64,000 bases of DNA, taken from Patescibacteria group bacterium. GTDB taxonomy: Bacteria > Patescibacteriota > Minisyncoccia > Phycocordibacterales > UBA918. Location of the stretch: positions 19,350 to 83,349 of the forward strand of contig JAIEOU010000003.1 of assembly GCA_019750255.1 (NCBI GenBank). Direction: 5' to 3'. Under the pieces are notes generated by a model that ran no database searches, was not told where the DNA came from, and saw only the letters and a program-made list of their open reading frames with translations. Below, in pieces: positions 30,557-40,929 of the stretch (positions are counted from its first letter, which is position 1; each line of letters starts with the position of its first letter). The translations under genes were made by a program, and so were the position numbers.

Positions 30557-31753
30557 ATGAAAAAAACTTTTATTATCGCTGGCGCTGTCATTCTCGTACT
30601 CATGCTCGCGGGACTATGGATCTACATGATGTTTTTTGGTACACCACGGACGGTTGAGGAAGTTCTTCCCGACTTCGCGCTCTGGGGGGAGGATGGGATG
30701 CCGGTACAAATACCGGTGATAGCCCCCACCACTACCGCTCCTCTACCGATGGTAAATGTCAATGAAAAAGCTTTACGCCAACTGACGACACGGCCAGTGG
30801 CCGGCTACCGCGAAGTACTGAAGAGCGCTTCGTCCACTCCCGAGCTCTACTACGCTGAGGTGGGTACCGGTCACATCTACAGCATCAACCTCGAGACCGG
30901 TGCCGAGGTGCGCGTATCTGGCACCACCATTCCTGAGGCGGTACGCGCGGATTTTAGCAGTGACGGACGACATGTTGTGATTGCTTCTGGGTTTAGCCAG
31001 GGACACACCGCCACTATCGGGGAATTAGACGCAAGCACGGGAGCGCTTACTGAAGTACCGTTTACCGACACCTTAGGGGACTTCAGGATTACTGAGGGCG
31101 GGGACTTACTGTACACTCACCCCTCTAACACCCTGACAGGTAAAACATTCTCTCTTTCTAACCGAACCACCCGTACACTATTTACTCTACCGTTCCGTGA
31201 CGCCACCATATCTTGGGGCGAACGCGTTACCGACACCCATTTTGTTTACCCTCGTCCCACGATGGAACTAGAAGGGTTTGGCTATGCCATAAACAATGGC
31301 GGACTGACACGCCTGCCATTGTCTGGTTTTGGTTTTTCACTGTTCGGCAATGAGAGCTTGGTTGGTGCGAACTTTCTTGATAAGAACGATTTCGTATCTG
31401 TGTTCTATAACCGCTCGACCCGGAACCTTATTTCATCACCGGTCCGTCTCCTGCCAGAAAAGTGCACATTTGGAACTAAAAATAAAACCATAGTATGGTG
31501 TGGTGCTAGTTTACAAGCCACCGGCTTCGGCTTCCCTGACACCTGGTATACCGGGGAAGTGGGCTTCAGTGATGACATTTATGAAATTTCGCTTACATCG
31601 ACATCTAGTTCGCTGACACTAATTACAGATACTTTAATTGAAACCGGACGTGAAGTAGATATTGTTGACCTTCGCGTAAATCCGACTGAAACGCAACTGT
31701 ACTTTATTAACAAAAACGATTCATCACTCTGGGCCTATGATCTCTCGCGCTAG
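30557..31753 (+). CDS. Membrane-anchored beta-propeller-like protein
   Basis: N-terminal TM, TGHIYSINL, LPEKC..VWC, LYFINKND..LW. Confidence 0.75.
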   Translation: MKKTFIIAGAVILVLMLAGLWIYMMFFGTPRTVEEVLPDFALWGEDGMPVQIPVIAPTTTAPLPMVNVNEKALRQLTTRPVAGYREVLKSASSTPELYYAEVGTGHIYSINLETGAEVRVSGTTIPEAVRADFSSDGRHVVIASGFSQGHTATIGELDASTGALTEVPFTDTLGDFRITEGGDLLYTHPSNTLTGKTFSLSNRTTRTLFTLPFRDATISWGERVTDTHFVYPRPTMELEGFGYAINNGGLTRLPLSGFGFSLFGNESLVGANFLDKNDFVSVFYNRSTRNLISSPVRLLPEKCTFGTKNKTIVWCGASLQATGFGFPDTWYTGEVGFSDDIYEISLTSTSSSLTLITDTLIETGREVDIVDLRVNPTETQLYFINKNDSSLWAYDLSR

Positions 31754-32486
31754 TTTCTTCTTAATTCCTTCTGCGCTTTTTATTGTCTTGTTGGTGACTC
31801 CTTTTTTGGGACTTGCTCAGTCCTTGACGTATCAGCCACTAGTGGGGATTCCCGGCATTAACAACACGGCCACTGACTTTAATCTTTATATAAATCAACT
31901 CTACTTCCTATCTATCAGCCTAGCCGCGCTTTTAGCGGTAATTAAAATTATTATTGGCGGAGTAAAGTGGATGCTATCCGACGGCCCTTCGGGTAAGTCT
32001 GGCGCAAAGGATGATATTCGTAGCGCTCTCCTTGGATTACTCCTCATTGTGTCGGCTGTTCTTATCCTTGGAACGATTAACCCCCAACTGCGTGACCTCA
32101 ACGTACTTGGTGGGGCACCAGCACTAAATCCGCTACCAAGCGCTGGGTCGCGATCAGTAGCCAATCCTACAAATCAGGCAGTTACTACTGAGCAGCAGAA
32201 TCTTTCTCAGAGTCCTGATAATCAGCAAGCGGTGGAGCAGGCCCTTGGTGTTAATCGCAATCAAGTTCAAACCGGAACCGATCGGGCTGGCTCTAACACT
32301 TTTTCTTACATAGTCGCAGATGCACCTCGAGAGGTAAAGAATGGTTTCATAAATGCCTGCATGAATGTGACGCAGGGCGGTGTAGGTACGACCAACACCA
32401 TCCGCACCGAATCGTTTAACGGGTTACAAATAATGTCTTGCTATCGCCAGGGCCCAAACAATACCCAATATCGAATCCAACTATAG
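31737..32486 (+). CDS. T4SS pilin-like (VirB2/TrbC-type) protein with C-terminal extension
   Basis: AALLAVIKIIIGGVKWM...AKDDIRSALLGLLLIV..VLILGTINPQL. Confidence 0.8.
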   Translation: MISRASFFLIPSALFIVLLVTPFLGLAQSLTYQPLVGIPGINNTATDFNLYINQLYFLSISLAALLAVIKIIIGGVKWMLSDGPSGKSGAKDDIRSALLGLLLIVSAVLILGTINPQLRDLNVLGGAPALNPLPSAGSRSVANPTNQAVTTEQQNLSQSPDNQQAVEQALGVNRNQVQTGTDRAGSNTFSYIVADAPREVKNGFINACMNVTQGGVGTTNTIRTESFNGLQIMSCYRQGPNNTQYRIQL

Positions 32487-32541
32487 CGTCTGCCAGCAGG
32501 TCTCTTCTACTCCTCTTTTTTCCTTTCTCAAACTTAAAGTG

Positions 32542-33270
32542 CTACCGGTGTTTCTTTACAACCAGCTCTTGGAGGACTGCCACCACGTTACTGACTACAA
32601 AGTAGAGAGCAATGGCGGCTGAGGTGGTGTAGCCCACGAAGAATATGAGCGGGGGGAGAATATACTTCATCTGCACCTGCATCATGCGCGCAATATCGTC
32701 CTTCATATCGGGGGTTTGACCAGGTTCTAGCGGGGGGAGGGGAGGCATAGCAAGTTTGACTTGAAAATACTGCGTTATGCCGGCCATAAGCGCGAGGATG
32801 AAACTGGCTTTTGTAATGTCTAAAATTCCGAGGAAATTCATGTTTACGATGTCTGGCACCGGAATAAATCCGTAAAGAAGAGCCGTATTGATCGTAGGCA
32901 GAGCCACACCGCCGCCACTATAAACTGAAAAGTAGAGTGCAATGAGAATTGGAATCTGGAGTAACATCACTGCGATGCCAGCAAACGGGTTCAGGCCAGC
33001 GTCTTTGTAGATAGCCATCATTGCCCGGGCCTGCTCTTCACGTTTATCTTTATACTCTTCTTTAAGCGCGTTGAGCTTTGGGGTAATCTCCCGCATGATG
33101 CGTTGAGTTTTAACCGCCTTTATAGAAAGTGGTAAAAGAATCGTCTTTACCACAATCACAAGCGCAATAATAGCCAAACCCACGTCACCACGGGGAAGAA
33201 TGTCAATAAATAAAACCAGTCCGTTATAGACCGGGTCAAAGAAAATCGTGTGCCAAATATAACTAAACAT
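32542..33270 (-). CDS. yidC: Membrane protein insertase YidC
   Basis: GLAIIAL, ILLPL, NPFAG, QIPILIALY. Confidence 0.95.
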   Translation of the reverse strand: MFSYIWHTIFFDPVYNGLVLFIDILPRGDVGLAIIALVIVVKTILLPLSIKAVKTQRIMREITPKLNALKEEYKDKREEQARAMMAIYKDAGLNPFAGIAVMLLQIPILIALYFSVYSGGGVALPTINTALLYGFIPVPDIVNMNFLGILDITKASFILALMAGITQYFQVKLAMPPLPPLEPGQTPDMKDDIARMMQVQMKYILPPLIFFVGYTTSAAIALYFVVSNVVAVLQELVVKKHR

Positions 33271-33284
33271 AAATATCGCCTATT

Positions 33285-33617
33285 CTACCGCTCTTTCAGG
33301 TAGCGTGAAAGGACCACATCGACGCTCGCATGCTGTTCAAGACGGGGAATACGCGCGAGTGGGGGCTTGGCTACCAAAATAACGACCCCTACGAGCCCCC
33401 GCTCCTTACCGAGACGCTCAAGGGCGGCGTAGAGTCGGCGCCGAATAGTGTTGCGTTCATGGGCTTTTTTGGCCACCTTTTTACTTACCACCACCGCACC
33501 CCGCAACCGGGCATGGGGAGTATACACAGCAGTCAACACGTCCGAGTGTTGTCGAGAGCCGCTTTTGAAATACTCGGAAAATTCAGGCCGGGAAAGGCGG
33601 TCTTGTTTAGACAACAT
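33285..33617 (-). CDS. rnpA: Ribonuclease P protein component
   Basis: VVVSKKVAKKAHERNTIRRR; synteny. Confidence 0.93.
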   Translation of the reverse strand: MLSKQDRLSRPEFSEYFKSGSRQHSDVLTAVYTPHARLRGAVVVSKKVAKKAHERNTIRRRLYAALERLGKERGLVGVVILVAKPPLARIPRLEQHASVDVVLSRYLKER

Positions 33618-33703
33618 AGGTCGAGGTCAGTATACAAGGATATATAATGAATACATAGTGCGAATGTATTTTCTTTGTATATCTGGTCGTAGCCGCAGGC
33701 TAC

Positions 33704-33730
33704 AAAAAAGGCCCCTAAGGGCCCTTTTTG
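33704..33730 (-). terminator. Terminator after rpmH
   Basis: AAAAAGGCCC-CTAA-GGGCCCTTTTT. Confidence 0.7.
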
Positions 33731-33737
33731 TTCTTCA

Positions 33738-33899
33738 TTATAACTTCGACTTCACCTTAGACTTCACGGTAAGCTGAGCGCGACCCTTGCGGCGACGGGC
33801 CTTAATGACCTTACTGCCGGCAGTGGTAGCACTACGCACGAGAAAACCGTGGGTGGTGGCGCGCTTTTGCTTCTTTGGTTGATAGGTTCGCTTTGACAT
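33738..33899 (-). CDS. rpmH: 50S ribosomal protein L34 (absent from the ORF track)
   Basis: Manual translation: [53 protein letters not shown]. Confidence 0.97.
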   Translation of the reverse strand: MSKRTYQPKKQKRATTHGFLVRSATTAGSKVIKARRRKGRAQLTVKSKVKSKL

Positions 33900-34007
33900 A
33901 CTAGGCTGTGATTAGGTCGCACCACTATACATGAATATAAGAATAATTCAAATACCACCTATGTGGCCGCCCCGAAAGCGCGGTGGTGGGGGAGGTGACG
34001 TTTTCTG

Positions 34008-34027
34008 TTATACACAACTTATACACA
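34008..34027 (+). promoter_or_regulatory. Two tandem DnaA boxes upstream of dnaA
   Basis: TTATACACA at 34008 and 34019 (consensus TTATNCACA). Confidence 0.85.
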
Positions 34028-34139
34028 GTTGCGAATTAATACAAAAAAACAGAGTCGCCGCATTTTATAAAATAACAATAAGTTTACAGTTACCCTCGGG
34101 AGCGTATAATGCTCTGTACTTGCCTTTACTTGTGCGTCT

Positions 34140-35525
34140 ATGAATCCACTTTCACATCCTTCACCAACCAACAGTATTGTTCGCACTGAACATATTGATG
34201 TGAAGAAATTGTGGGATGACGCCCTCGTCAAAATTGAACTGTCGATTACACCCGCAAATTTTAAAACCTGGTTTCGGGATACCCACATTGTCACGATCGA
34301 AGACAGCACCGTTACCCTCGGTGTTCCGAGCGTGTTTGTACGCGACTGGTTGTCGGATAAATTCCAGTCAATGATCCTCAAAACACTCCGAGACCTTTCA
34401 CCTTTTGTGCGGAGTGTAGAGTATGCCGTCGTTCAGCGTAGCGAACGCAAAAACGAAGGTTCAAAAACCCAAACCGTTAATGCCGCCCTCCCACTTGAGG
34501 ATTACTACATAAACAAAAGCGACAATTTAAACCCCCGGTACTCATTTGATACCTTTGTCGTTGGGCCATACAACGCTCTGGCACATGCTGCGGCAAAAAC
34601 CGTGGCCGACCGGCCTGGTATCGCCTATAATCCACTCTTCATATATGGTAAGACTGGTCACGGTAAGACTCATCTCATCCAAGCGGTGGGGAACCATATC
34701 AAAAAGACCGGAAAGAAAGTATTTTATGTGACAAGTGAACGCTTTGCGGTTGATTACTTTAACTCTCTTCAAAGCGGTTCCGCCAATAGCTTTAAGGATA
34801 AATACCGTCAATATGACGTTCTTATCATGGACGATGTGCAGTTCTTAGCAACTAAGGAAAAGACTCAGGAGGAGCTCTTCCATCTTTTTAACACCCTCCA
34901 CGACACCAATAAGCAAATTGTCTTCTCGAGCGATCAGCACCCAGCCCTACTCTCCGGTCTAGAAGAGCGGCTTAAGTCACGCTTTGTGCAGGGAATGATT
35001 GTTGATATTCCCACACCCGACCCGGAGTCACGCGTGGCTATTTTGCGCGCCAAGGCTGCTCAGAACAGCATTACTCTGTCTGATGACGTAGTTGAACACC
35101 TTGCTCACACTATTGAAGGCAATATTCGCGAACTTGAAGGGGCCTTAAATACGATTATGTGTCAGTCACAGCTCCTGGGGCGCATGGTATCGCTCGACGA
35201 GGTGAAGGCCATCATCAAGAACAATTCACGCCCACGCAAAACCCTAGCTATCACTGATGTGGTTGATAAAGTAGCTCGTTACTTTGATATTGATCAGGCC
35301 AGCATCTACGAAAAAACGCGTCGAAAGGAGGTGGTTCGGCCGCGCCAAATTATTATGTACATTTTGCGTGAAGATTTTCAGGTGTCATATCCCGCAATTG
35401 GGAAGAAACTAGGCGGTCGCGACCACACGACGGTAATCCACTCTTGCGAGAAGATAAAGGGGGAACTAAAAGAGAACCCTGACCTCGAAGAGGAAATATC
35501 CCAGATTCGATTACTTTTAAAATAA
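34140..35525 (+). CDS. dnaA: Chromosomal replication initiator DnaA
   Basis: YNPLFIYGKTGHGKTHL, DDVQF, RELEG, GGRDHTTV. Confidence 0.99.
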   Translation: MNPLSHPSPTNSIVRTEHIDVKKLWDDALVKIELSITPANFKTWFRDTHIVTIEDSTVTLGVPSVFVRDWLSDKFQSMILKTLRDLSPFVRSVEYAVVQRSERKNEGSKTQTVNAALPLEDYYINKSDNLNPRYSFDTFVVGPYNALAHAAAKTVADRPGIAYNPLFIYGKTGHGKTHLIQAVGNHIKKTGKKVFYVTSERFAVDYFNSLQSGSANSFKDKYRQYDVLIMDDVQFLATKEKTQEELFHLFNTLHDTNKQIVFSSDQHPALLSGLEERLKSRFVQGMIVDIPTPDPESRVAILRAKAAQNSITLSDDVVEHLAHTIEGNIRELEGALNTIMCQSQLLGRMVSLDEVKAIIKNNSRPRKTLAITDVVDKVARYFDIDQASIYEKTRRKEVVRPRQIIMYILREDFQVSYPAIGKKLGGRDHTTVIHSCEKIKGELKENPDLEEEISQIRLLLK

Positions 35526-35819
35526 CGCTTCCTTCTGGTAGCGTTATTTTATACCCAAACCCTGGGGATAAACGCCACATAAATCCTTTAATAGCTCTGT
35601 AGAAGTCTCCTAATTACTCAAAAAAATGCCTCTCTTCTGCCTTAGTTTTCCCCAGACGATAGCCAACAAAATATTTCTCCCCAGACACAAAAACACAATC
35701 ACCAGCTCCACCAACACTATACACAAGAATGCTCACTCATTTGCGCCTTAAAGTACAACATATAATCGAGATATGCACACTTCCACAGCCCTAATAATAG
35801 AGAGTAAAATACTTTTAAA
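35526..35819. other. Probable oriC (dnaA-dnaN intergenic region)
   Basis: AT-rich; degenerate DnaA boxes TTATACCCA (35549), TGGGGATAA (35563), TTTTCCCCA (35646), CTATACACA; + strand looks C-rich to the left and G/T-richer to the right. Confidence 0.7.
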
Positions 35820-36914
35820 ATGAAAATAACTACTCCTTATCCCACTCTTGTTCAAGCGCTCGATATCATTAGTCGGATTAGCACCAAACATGTTACGTTG
35901 CCGGTACTTCAGTGTGTCCTTATAAGTGTAGTTGATAAAAAGATTACCCTCAGAGCTACTAATCTTGAGATTAGTGTTGAGCTTACCCTTGATGGCGTGG
36001 TCGAAGACGATGGGATAATTGCCGTGCCGGCCCAGACACTACAGCAGAGTGTCCAGTTTTTAAATGAAAAGGATGTCACCTTGCGAGTGGAGGAAGGTGT
36101 GCTTGTTATTGAAGGGGCGCACACGCAGACCTCAATTAAATCAATTCCCCATGATGAGTTTCCAAATATCCATAAAATCGACACTGCGGGGGTAGTAGTG
36201 AATGCTGAAATGTTTGCGTATGGAATTAAAACCGTAGCGTTTGCGGCTTCACAGACCTCAATTAAACCAGAGCTCGGAAGTGTGTTTGTTCAACAGAAGC
36301 GCGAACATTCTCTTACGTTCGTTGCGACTGATTCATTTCGATTGATGGAAAAATCAGTTCCTCAAAAAGGGGTGGTACTGGCTCAGTCGTTCTTGTTGCC
36401 GCAGAAGAACGCTCTTGAGTTAGCACGTGTATGCGAAATTGTTGGTGGTACACCAACGTTAATCATTAACGAAAACCAGTGTAGTCTCGTTTTTGCTTCT
36501 GGGGTGTATATAAGCTCGCGTTTGGTTACTGGATCGTTTCCTGATTATGAACAAATCATACCGAAAGAATATGTGACCACCGTGACTATTCTTAAAGAAG
36601 ATCTGCAACGCGCGTTTAAGAAAACTAATATATTTCTTAATAAGTTTTTGCAGGTAGCTATTACACTTACTGAGAGACACCTCACGGTTTCAGCTACTAA
36701 CAGCGAGGTGGGTCACACTACCGATACGCTAAAGGCTCAGGTGGAGGGGCAAGAACTTAATCTTAGTTTCAATCAGCAGTACGTCATTGACCCGCTCTCC
36801 CATATTCAAGATGAGAGTCTGATTCTAAAGTTTGCTGGTATCGGTCGGCCACTCGTACTCCATGGCGTTACTGATCCAAGTTTGCGTTATCTAGTAATGC
36901 CGATGAATAAATAA
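35820..36914 (+). CDS. dnaN: DNA polymerase III beta clamp
   Basis: ATNLE, VATDSFRL, GSFPDY, YLVMPM. Confidence 0.98.
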   Translation: MKITTPYPTLVQALDIISRISTKHVTLPVLQCVLISVVDKKITLRATNLEISVELTLDGVVEDDGIIAVPAQTLQQSVQFLNEKDVTLRVEEGVLVIEGAHTQTSIKSIPHDEFPNIHKIDTAGVVVNAEMFAYGIKTVAFAASQTSIKPELGSVFVQQKREHSLTFVATDSFRLMEKSVPQKGVVLAQSFLLPQKNALELARVCEIVGGTPTLIINENQCSLVFASGVYISSRLVTGSFPDYEQIIPKEYVTTVTILKEDLQRAFKKTNIFLNKFLQVAITLTERHLTVSATNSEVGHTTDTLKAQVEGQELNLSFNQQYVIDPLSHIQDESLILKFAGIGRPLVLHGVTDPSLRYLVMPMNK

Positions 36915-36917
36915 AGT

Positions 36918-37205
36918 ATGAAGCCGCGGCGAGGAGAGTTGGTAAAGGTGGGGAGTTTATTTGAGAAATATGCAAAGACGCTAAGGCCGCCCCAGCGTTC
37001 AGTAGAGAAGATGGCTTGTGAGGCCATACATGCGATTGTAGGCTGCGAACTAGCCGATGAGCAGGTTTCGTACACTGTAGCCACGAGAACGCTGTATATC
37101 AAAGCCCCGGCCCTTTTGCGGAGTGAGATTAAGCTACACAGTACTGAGATTTTGTCGGTACTGCGAGATCGCTTACCAAAGGAGCCACCACAAGTGTTGT
37201 TATAA
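36918..37205 (+). CDS. Small protein, possibly DciA/DUF721-like
   Basis: Directly after dnaN; TLYIKAPALLRSEIKL..EIL pattern. Confidence 0.55.
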   Translation: MKPRRGELVKVGSLFEKYAKTLRPPQRSVEKMACEAIHAIVGCELADEQVSYTVATRTLYIKAPALLRSEIKLHSTEILSVLRDRLPKEPPQVLL

Positions 37206-37231
37206 AAATCACCCCCTAAAGGGGTGATTTT
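37204..37231. terminator. Bidirectional terminator
   Basis: AAAATCACCCC-CTAAA-GGGGTGATTTT. Confidence 0.75.
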
Positions 37232-37232
37232 A

Positions 37233-39524
37233 TTAATCGTTATTATTTCGGCGATTGCGGCGAGGTGGATCTTCCTCCTCTTCCTCAGCGGCTGGTTCTT
37301 CCTCAGGGGTTACCTCGGGTGGCTTCATCTCACCGAAGGTGGCCACCTTCCAAGCTTGTACTGCCCACTCCCAATTTTCATAATGTGAGTCGTTACCAGG
37401 ATTGGTGGGGTAGGGGCCGTGGGGATCATTCTTGTTGACGTAGTGAAGGATAGAGTGAATGTTGTCATAGATGAGAGAGAGGTCAAGGTTATCGTTGCCA
37501 GAAGCAGCCAGAGATTCTTGGAGGGTGCTCAGGTTGACGTACTGTCCTGCAATGATTGGTTTTACTCCGGTTAGGTTTATTTCTGGTTGGGCAAACGTAT
37601 CTTTGTTTTCAGGATCAAGCTTTTTAAGTGCAATATCCATAAACTCTCGCCACATCGGAGTCACGATAAGACCAGAAAGACCTCCTCCCATGGGCTTATT
37701 GTCGTTATTTCCTACCCATATGCCGACAGCAATTGAAGGAGAATAGCCCATGAGCCAGGCGTCGCGGAGATTGTTGGTACTACCGGTTTTAGACGCTACG
37801 GCCTTGCCCGGGAAGTTTACGAGCGAGTTGGCACCCCAGAGTGGCGTACGAGCGACATTGTCAGAGAGTACGTCACTAATCATGAGGGTAACGTTTCTAT
37901 CCATTACTCGACTACTTTCAATCTGTGTTTCTTCAATCACAAGGCCACGATTATCTTCGATGCGGAGAATGCTGCGTGGTTTTGCTTTAACCCCTTCATT
38001 TCCAAAGACGCCGTAGGCGTAGGTCATATCAACAAGCTTTACTTCACCACCACCAAGCACCAGGGTTAGGCCATACCGCTCTGGATCGTTTAGGGTAGTA
38101 AGACCCATGTCGGCCGCGAGCTTAAGTGTGTCGCGAACCCCGGCGAGGTAAAGCACCTTTACCGCCGGAATGTTAAGAGACTGAGCGAGAGCATTTCGCA
38201 AACTAATCGGACCCAAGAATTTATTGTTGTAGTTATTGGGTGAGTAACAGGGAGATTCTGAACTTGTACTATCCGGAGGACAGTTTGGGGAGAATTGTGT
38301 GCGCACGTCGTACACGATGGTGTTTGGCAGATATCCTTTACTGAAGGCTGCGGCGTACGCAAATGGTTTAATGGCTGAACCTGGCTGCCGTTCGGCTGTC
38401 GCGATATTGAAGTTACCATCAATATCTTCGGCAAAGTAATCACGGGAACCGACCATGACGAGCAGGTCGCCTGTTTTAGGGTCGGTCGCCACTAGGCCGG
38501 CGTTGTTTGCCTTAAACCGATCAATATTAATTTCCCCTTTCTCGGCAACAATCCGCTCTGCTTCCTTCTGCAACTCCCAGTCCAGGGTAGTAATAACCCG
38601 CAGACCGCGTCCAGTGAGTGCCTCTTCGCCAAATTTTTCAACCAGCTGCTCGCGAATAAACATCACAAAGTGAGGGGCGCGAATGCCGGTTACTGCTTGG
38701 GGCTGAAATTCAGTTGTGGTAGAAACTGCCTCGTTATACTCCTCGTCGGTAATAAAACCGTTTATTTTCATCCTTTCAAGCACTAGCTTCTGTCGAGAAT
38801 CAAGCGCTTCGCGATGGCTGCCGTAGGGAGAAAGGTAGGTGGGGGCTTGGGGAAGGGCAGCCAGGTAGGCGGCTTCACCAAGGGTAACTTCGCTGGCTTT
38901 TTTAGCAAAGAATGCTTGAGCAGCTTCTTCTACTCCATAAATAGTGCCTCCGTAAGGTGACTCGTTTAGGTAGATGGATAGGATTTCATCTTTGGTGAGT
39001 ACGCGCTCAATTTTAACAGCGAGAATCGCTTCTTTAATTTTTCGCGTCAGGGTCTTTTCACTCTGTAGTACGGAGTTTTTAATGACCTGCTGAGTGATTG
39101 TTGATCCACCCTGGCCACCAAGCAGGTCGCCCTGACTAAAGTTAGCCAAACCGGCGCGCAAAATCGCGCGCGGCCGTATACCATGGTGATTATAGAACTG
39201 ATCGTCTTCAATTGCGATGGAGGCGTTCTTTAGATAGTGAGAAATTTCATTGAACGGAACAATGGTTCGACGCACATCCTGGCCGAGGTCATAGAGAACA
39301 ATTTCACCGGTACGGTCATAGATTTTGGTTGACTGGAGCACTCTGCGCTCCTCAAAGGCGGACAGGTCGGGGATGTCGAGGGTTGAAATCCAAACAAATA
39401 CTCCGGCTACCGTGAGGATGCTGAGCGCAAATACGAGAATTGCCCCGTCTATGATGATTTCTTTCCAATGAAGCCGACGGATTCGGCTGATGATACGGTG
39501 CGATAGCTTCATAAATATGGCCAC
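37233..39524 (-). CDS. Class A penicillin-binding protein (PBP1A family)
   Basis: EDDQFY, GGSTITQQ, RKIKE, RQPGSAIKP, SLN, KTGS. Confidence 0.96.
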   Translation of the reverse strand: MAIFMKLSHRIISRIRRLHWKEIIIDGAILVFALSILTVAGVFVWISTLDIPDLSAFEERRVLQSTKIYDRTGEIVLYDLGQDVRRTIVPFNEISHYLKNASIAIEDDQFYNHHGIRPRAILRAGLANFSQGDLLGGQGGSTITQQVIKNSVLQSEKTLTRKIKEAILAVKIERVLTKDEILSIYLNESPYGGTIYGVEEAAQAFFAKKASEVTLGEAAYLAALPQAPTYLSPYGSHREALDSRQKLVLERMKINGFITDEEYNEAVSTTTEFQPQAVTGIRAPHFVMFIREQLVEKFGEEALTGRGLRVITTLDWELQKEAERIVAEKGEINIDRFKANNAGLVATDPKTGDLLVMVGSRDYFAEDIDGNFNIATAERQPGSAIKPFAYAAAFSKGYLPNTIVYDVRTQFSPNCPPDSTSSESPCYSPNNYNNKFLGPISLRNALAQSLNIPAVKVLYLAGVRDTLKLAADMGLTTLNDPERYGLTLVLGGGEVKLVDMTYAYGVFGNEGVKAKPRSILRIEDNRGLVIEETQIESSRVMDRNVTLMISDVLSDNVARTPLWGANSLVNFPGKAVASKTGSTNNLRDAWLMGYSPSIAVGIWVGNNDNKPMGGGLSGLIVTPMWREFMDIALKKLDPENKDTFAQPEINLTGVKPIIAGQYVNLSTLQESLAASGNDNLDLSLIYDNIHSILHYVNKNDPHGPYPTNPGNDSHYENWEWAVQAWKVATFGEMKPPEVTPEEEPAAEEEEEDPPRRNRRNNND

Positions 39525-39598
39525 ATATTAGCTCTATGGGCCAATGGTAGCATGAATTGTCTAGTCTCTTAACTACGCAGGTGTGCTAGAGTTATTTC

Positions 39599-40837
39599 AT
39601 GAAATTGTCAGAAGAACTCGCGCTCCGGGGCTTTATTCATCAGTTCTCGACGGAAACCTTAGCCGAGGTGTTCGATGGAGAGAAGCGGACAATTTATCAC
39701 GGGATTGACCCGAGCGCTGACTCGGCGCACGCCGGTAATTTTGTAAACTGGATGTTGCTTAAGCATCTCGCAGCAGCCGGACATAAGGTTGTCTTTTTGG
39801 TTGGGGGTGGTACGGGTATGATTGGGGACCCTAAGCCCGATGTTGAACGGCCGCTCTCTGCTCCCGAGGAAGTGGCCGCGCGCGTGATAAAAATTAAAGC
39901 CCAAGCCCAGCGACTACTTGGTAGTGAGATTGCGTTTGTAAATAATGACGACTGGCTATGCGAGCTCGGTTTGATTAGTTTTTTGCGCGACATCGGAAAA
40001 TACTTCACCGTTAACGAACTTATAAAAAAAGACGCGATTGCGACCCGACTGAGTTCTGAAACCGGTCTTTCGTACACTGAATTCGCGTACCCGCTATTGC
40101 AGGCGTACGACTTCCTGATGCTCTACCGCAGTCACGGAGCAACTGTTCAGGTTGGAGGGTCTGATCAGTGGGGCAATATTATTGCGGGGGTAGATTTGAT
40201 ACGGCGACTGGAGCGTGTAACTGCCTATGCTGTAACCGTCCCGCTTATTGTCGATAAGACGACTGGAAAGAAGTTTGGTAAAAGTGAAGGAAACGCCGTC
40301 TGGCTTGATGCTGAAAAAACCCCACCGTATGCCTTTTACCAATTTTGGTACAATGTAGCAGACGAGAACGTAATTGATTACCTTAAATTATTTACCTTCT
40401 TACCGCTTGAACAGATAGATGAAATTACACAAACACTCCTCAATAATCCTGGTGCACGAGCAGCTCAGCAAATTCTTGCGCATGAAATAACACGCTTTGT
40501 TCATGGCGAGGATGTGTCAATCGCAGTGGCGCGAGCGTCGGCATCTCTTTTTGGTGAGGTGGCAATTGCTGATTTGTCAGCCGATGAGCAAGTAGTTTTA
40601 CTTGCGAATGCTCCGGTCACTGCGCAGATTAGTGGAGTACTTCTCGTTGAGGCGCTCGTAGCTGCTGGGTTAGCTACCAGTAAGCGTGAGGCGCGTACAT
40701 TTATTGAAAGTGGCGCCATCGTTGTTAACGGACAAAAGGCCACCCAGGTAGAGGAGGTGCTTACGAAAGAAGCCTGTGGTGAGCTCGTCCATATTCGTCG
40801 TGGTAAGAAACAAGTGTCCCTCATTAAGCTCTCTTAA
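39599..40837 (+). CDS. tyrS: Tyrosine-tRNA ligase
   Basis: GIDPSADSAHAGN, GGSDQWGNI, KFGKS, S4-like C-terminus. Confidence 0.98.
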   Translation: MKLSEELALRGFIHQFSTETLAEVFDGEKRTIYHGIDPSADSAHAGNFVNWMLLKHLAAAGHKVVFLVGGGTGMIGDPKPDVERPLSAPEEVAARVIKIKAQAQRLLGSEIAFVNNDDWLCELGLISFLRDIGKYFTVNELIKKDAIATRLSSETGLSYTEFAYPLLQAYDFLMLYRSHGATVQVGGSDQWGNIIAGVDLIRRLERVTAYAVTVPLIVDKTTGKKFGKSEGNAVWLDAEKTPPYAFYQFWYNVADENVIDYLKLFTFLPLEQIDEITQTLLNNPGARAAQQILAHEITRFVHGEDVSIAVARASASLFGEVAIADLSADEQVVLLANAPVTAQISGVLLVEALVAAGLATSKREARTFIESGAIVVNGQKATQVEEVLTKEACGELVHIRRGKKQVSLIKLS

Positions 40838-40885
40838 ACATGACGAGCTACTCTCGTAAAGATTAGTCGTACTGAAGCACGAGAC

Positions 40886-40925
40886 AAAAAGCAGCGCGGC
40901 ACCGTTAGGTGCCGCGCTGCTTTTT
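40886..40925. terminator. Bidirectional terminator
   Basis: AAAAAGCAGCGCGGCACC-GTTA-GGTGCCGCGCTGCTTTTT. Confidence 0.8.
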
Positions 40926-40929
40926 ATTT

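Noticed and set aside
20398-32486. Integrated conjugative element or prophage
   Set aside because: No integrase, relaxase, att repeats or phage genes; the cluster sits among core origin-region genes.
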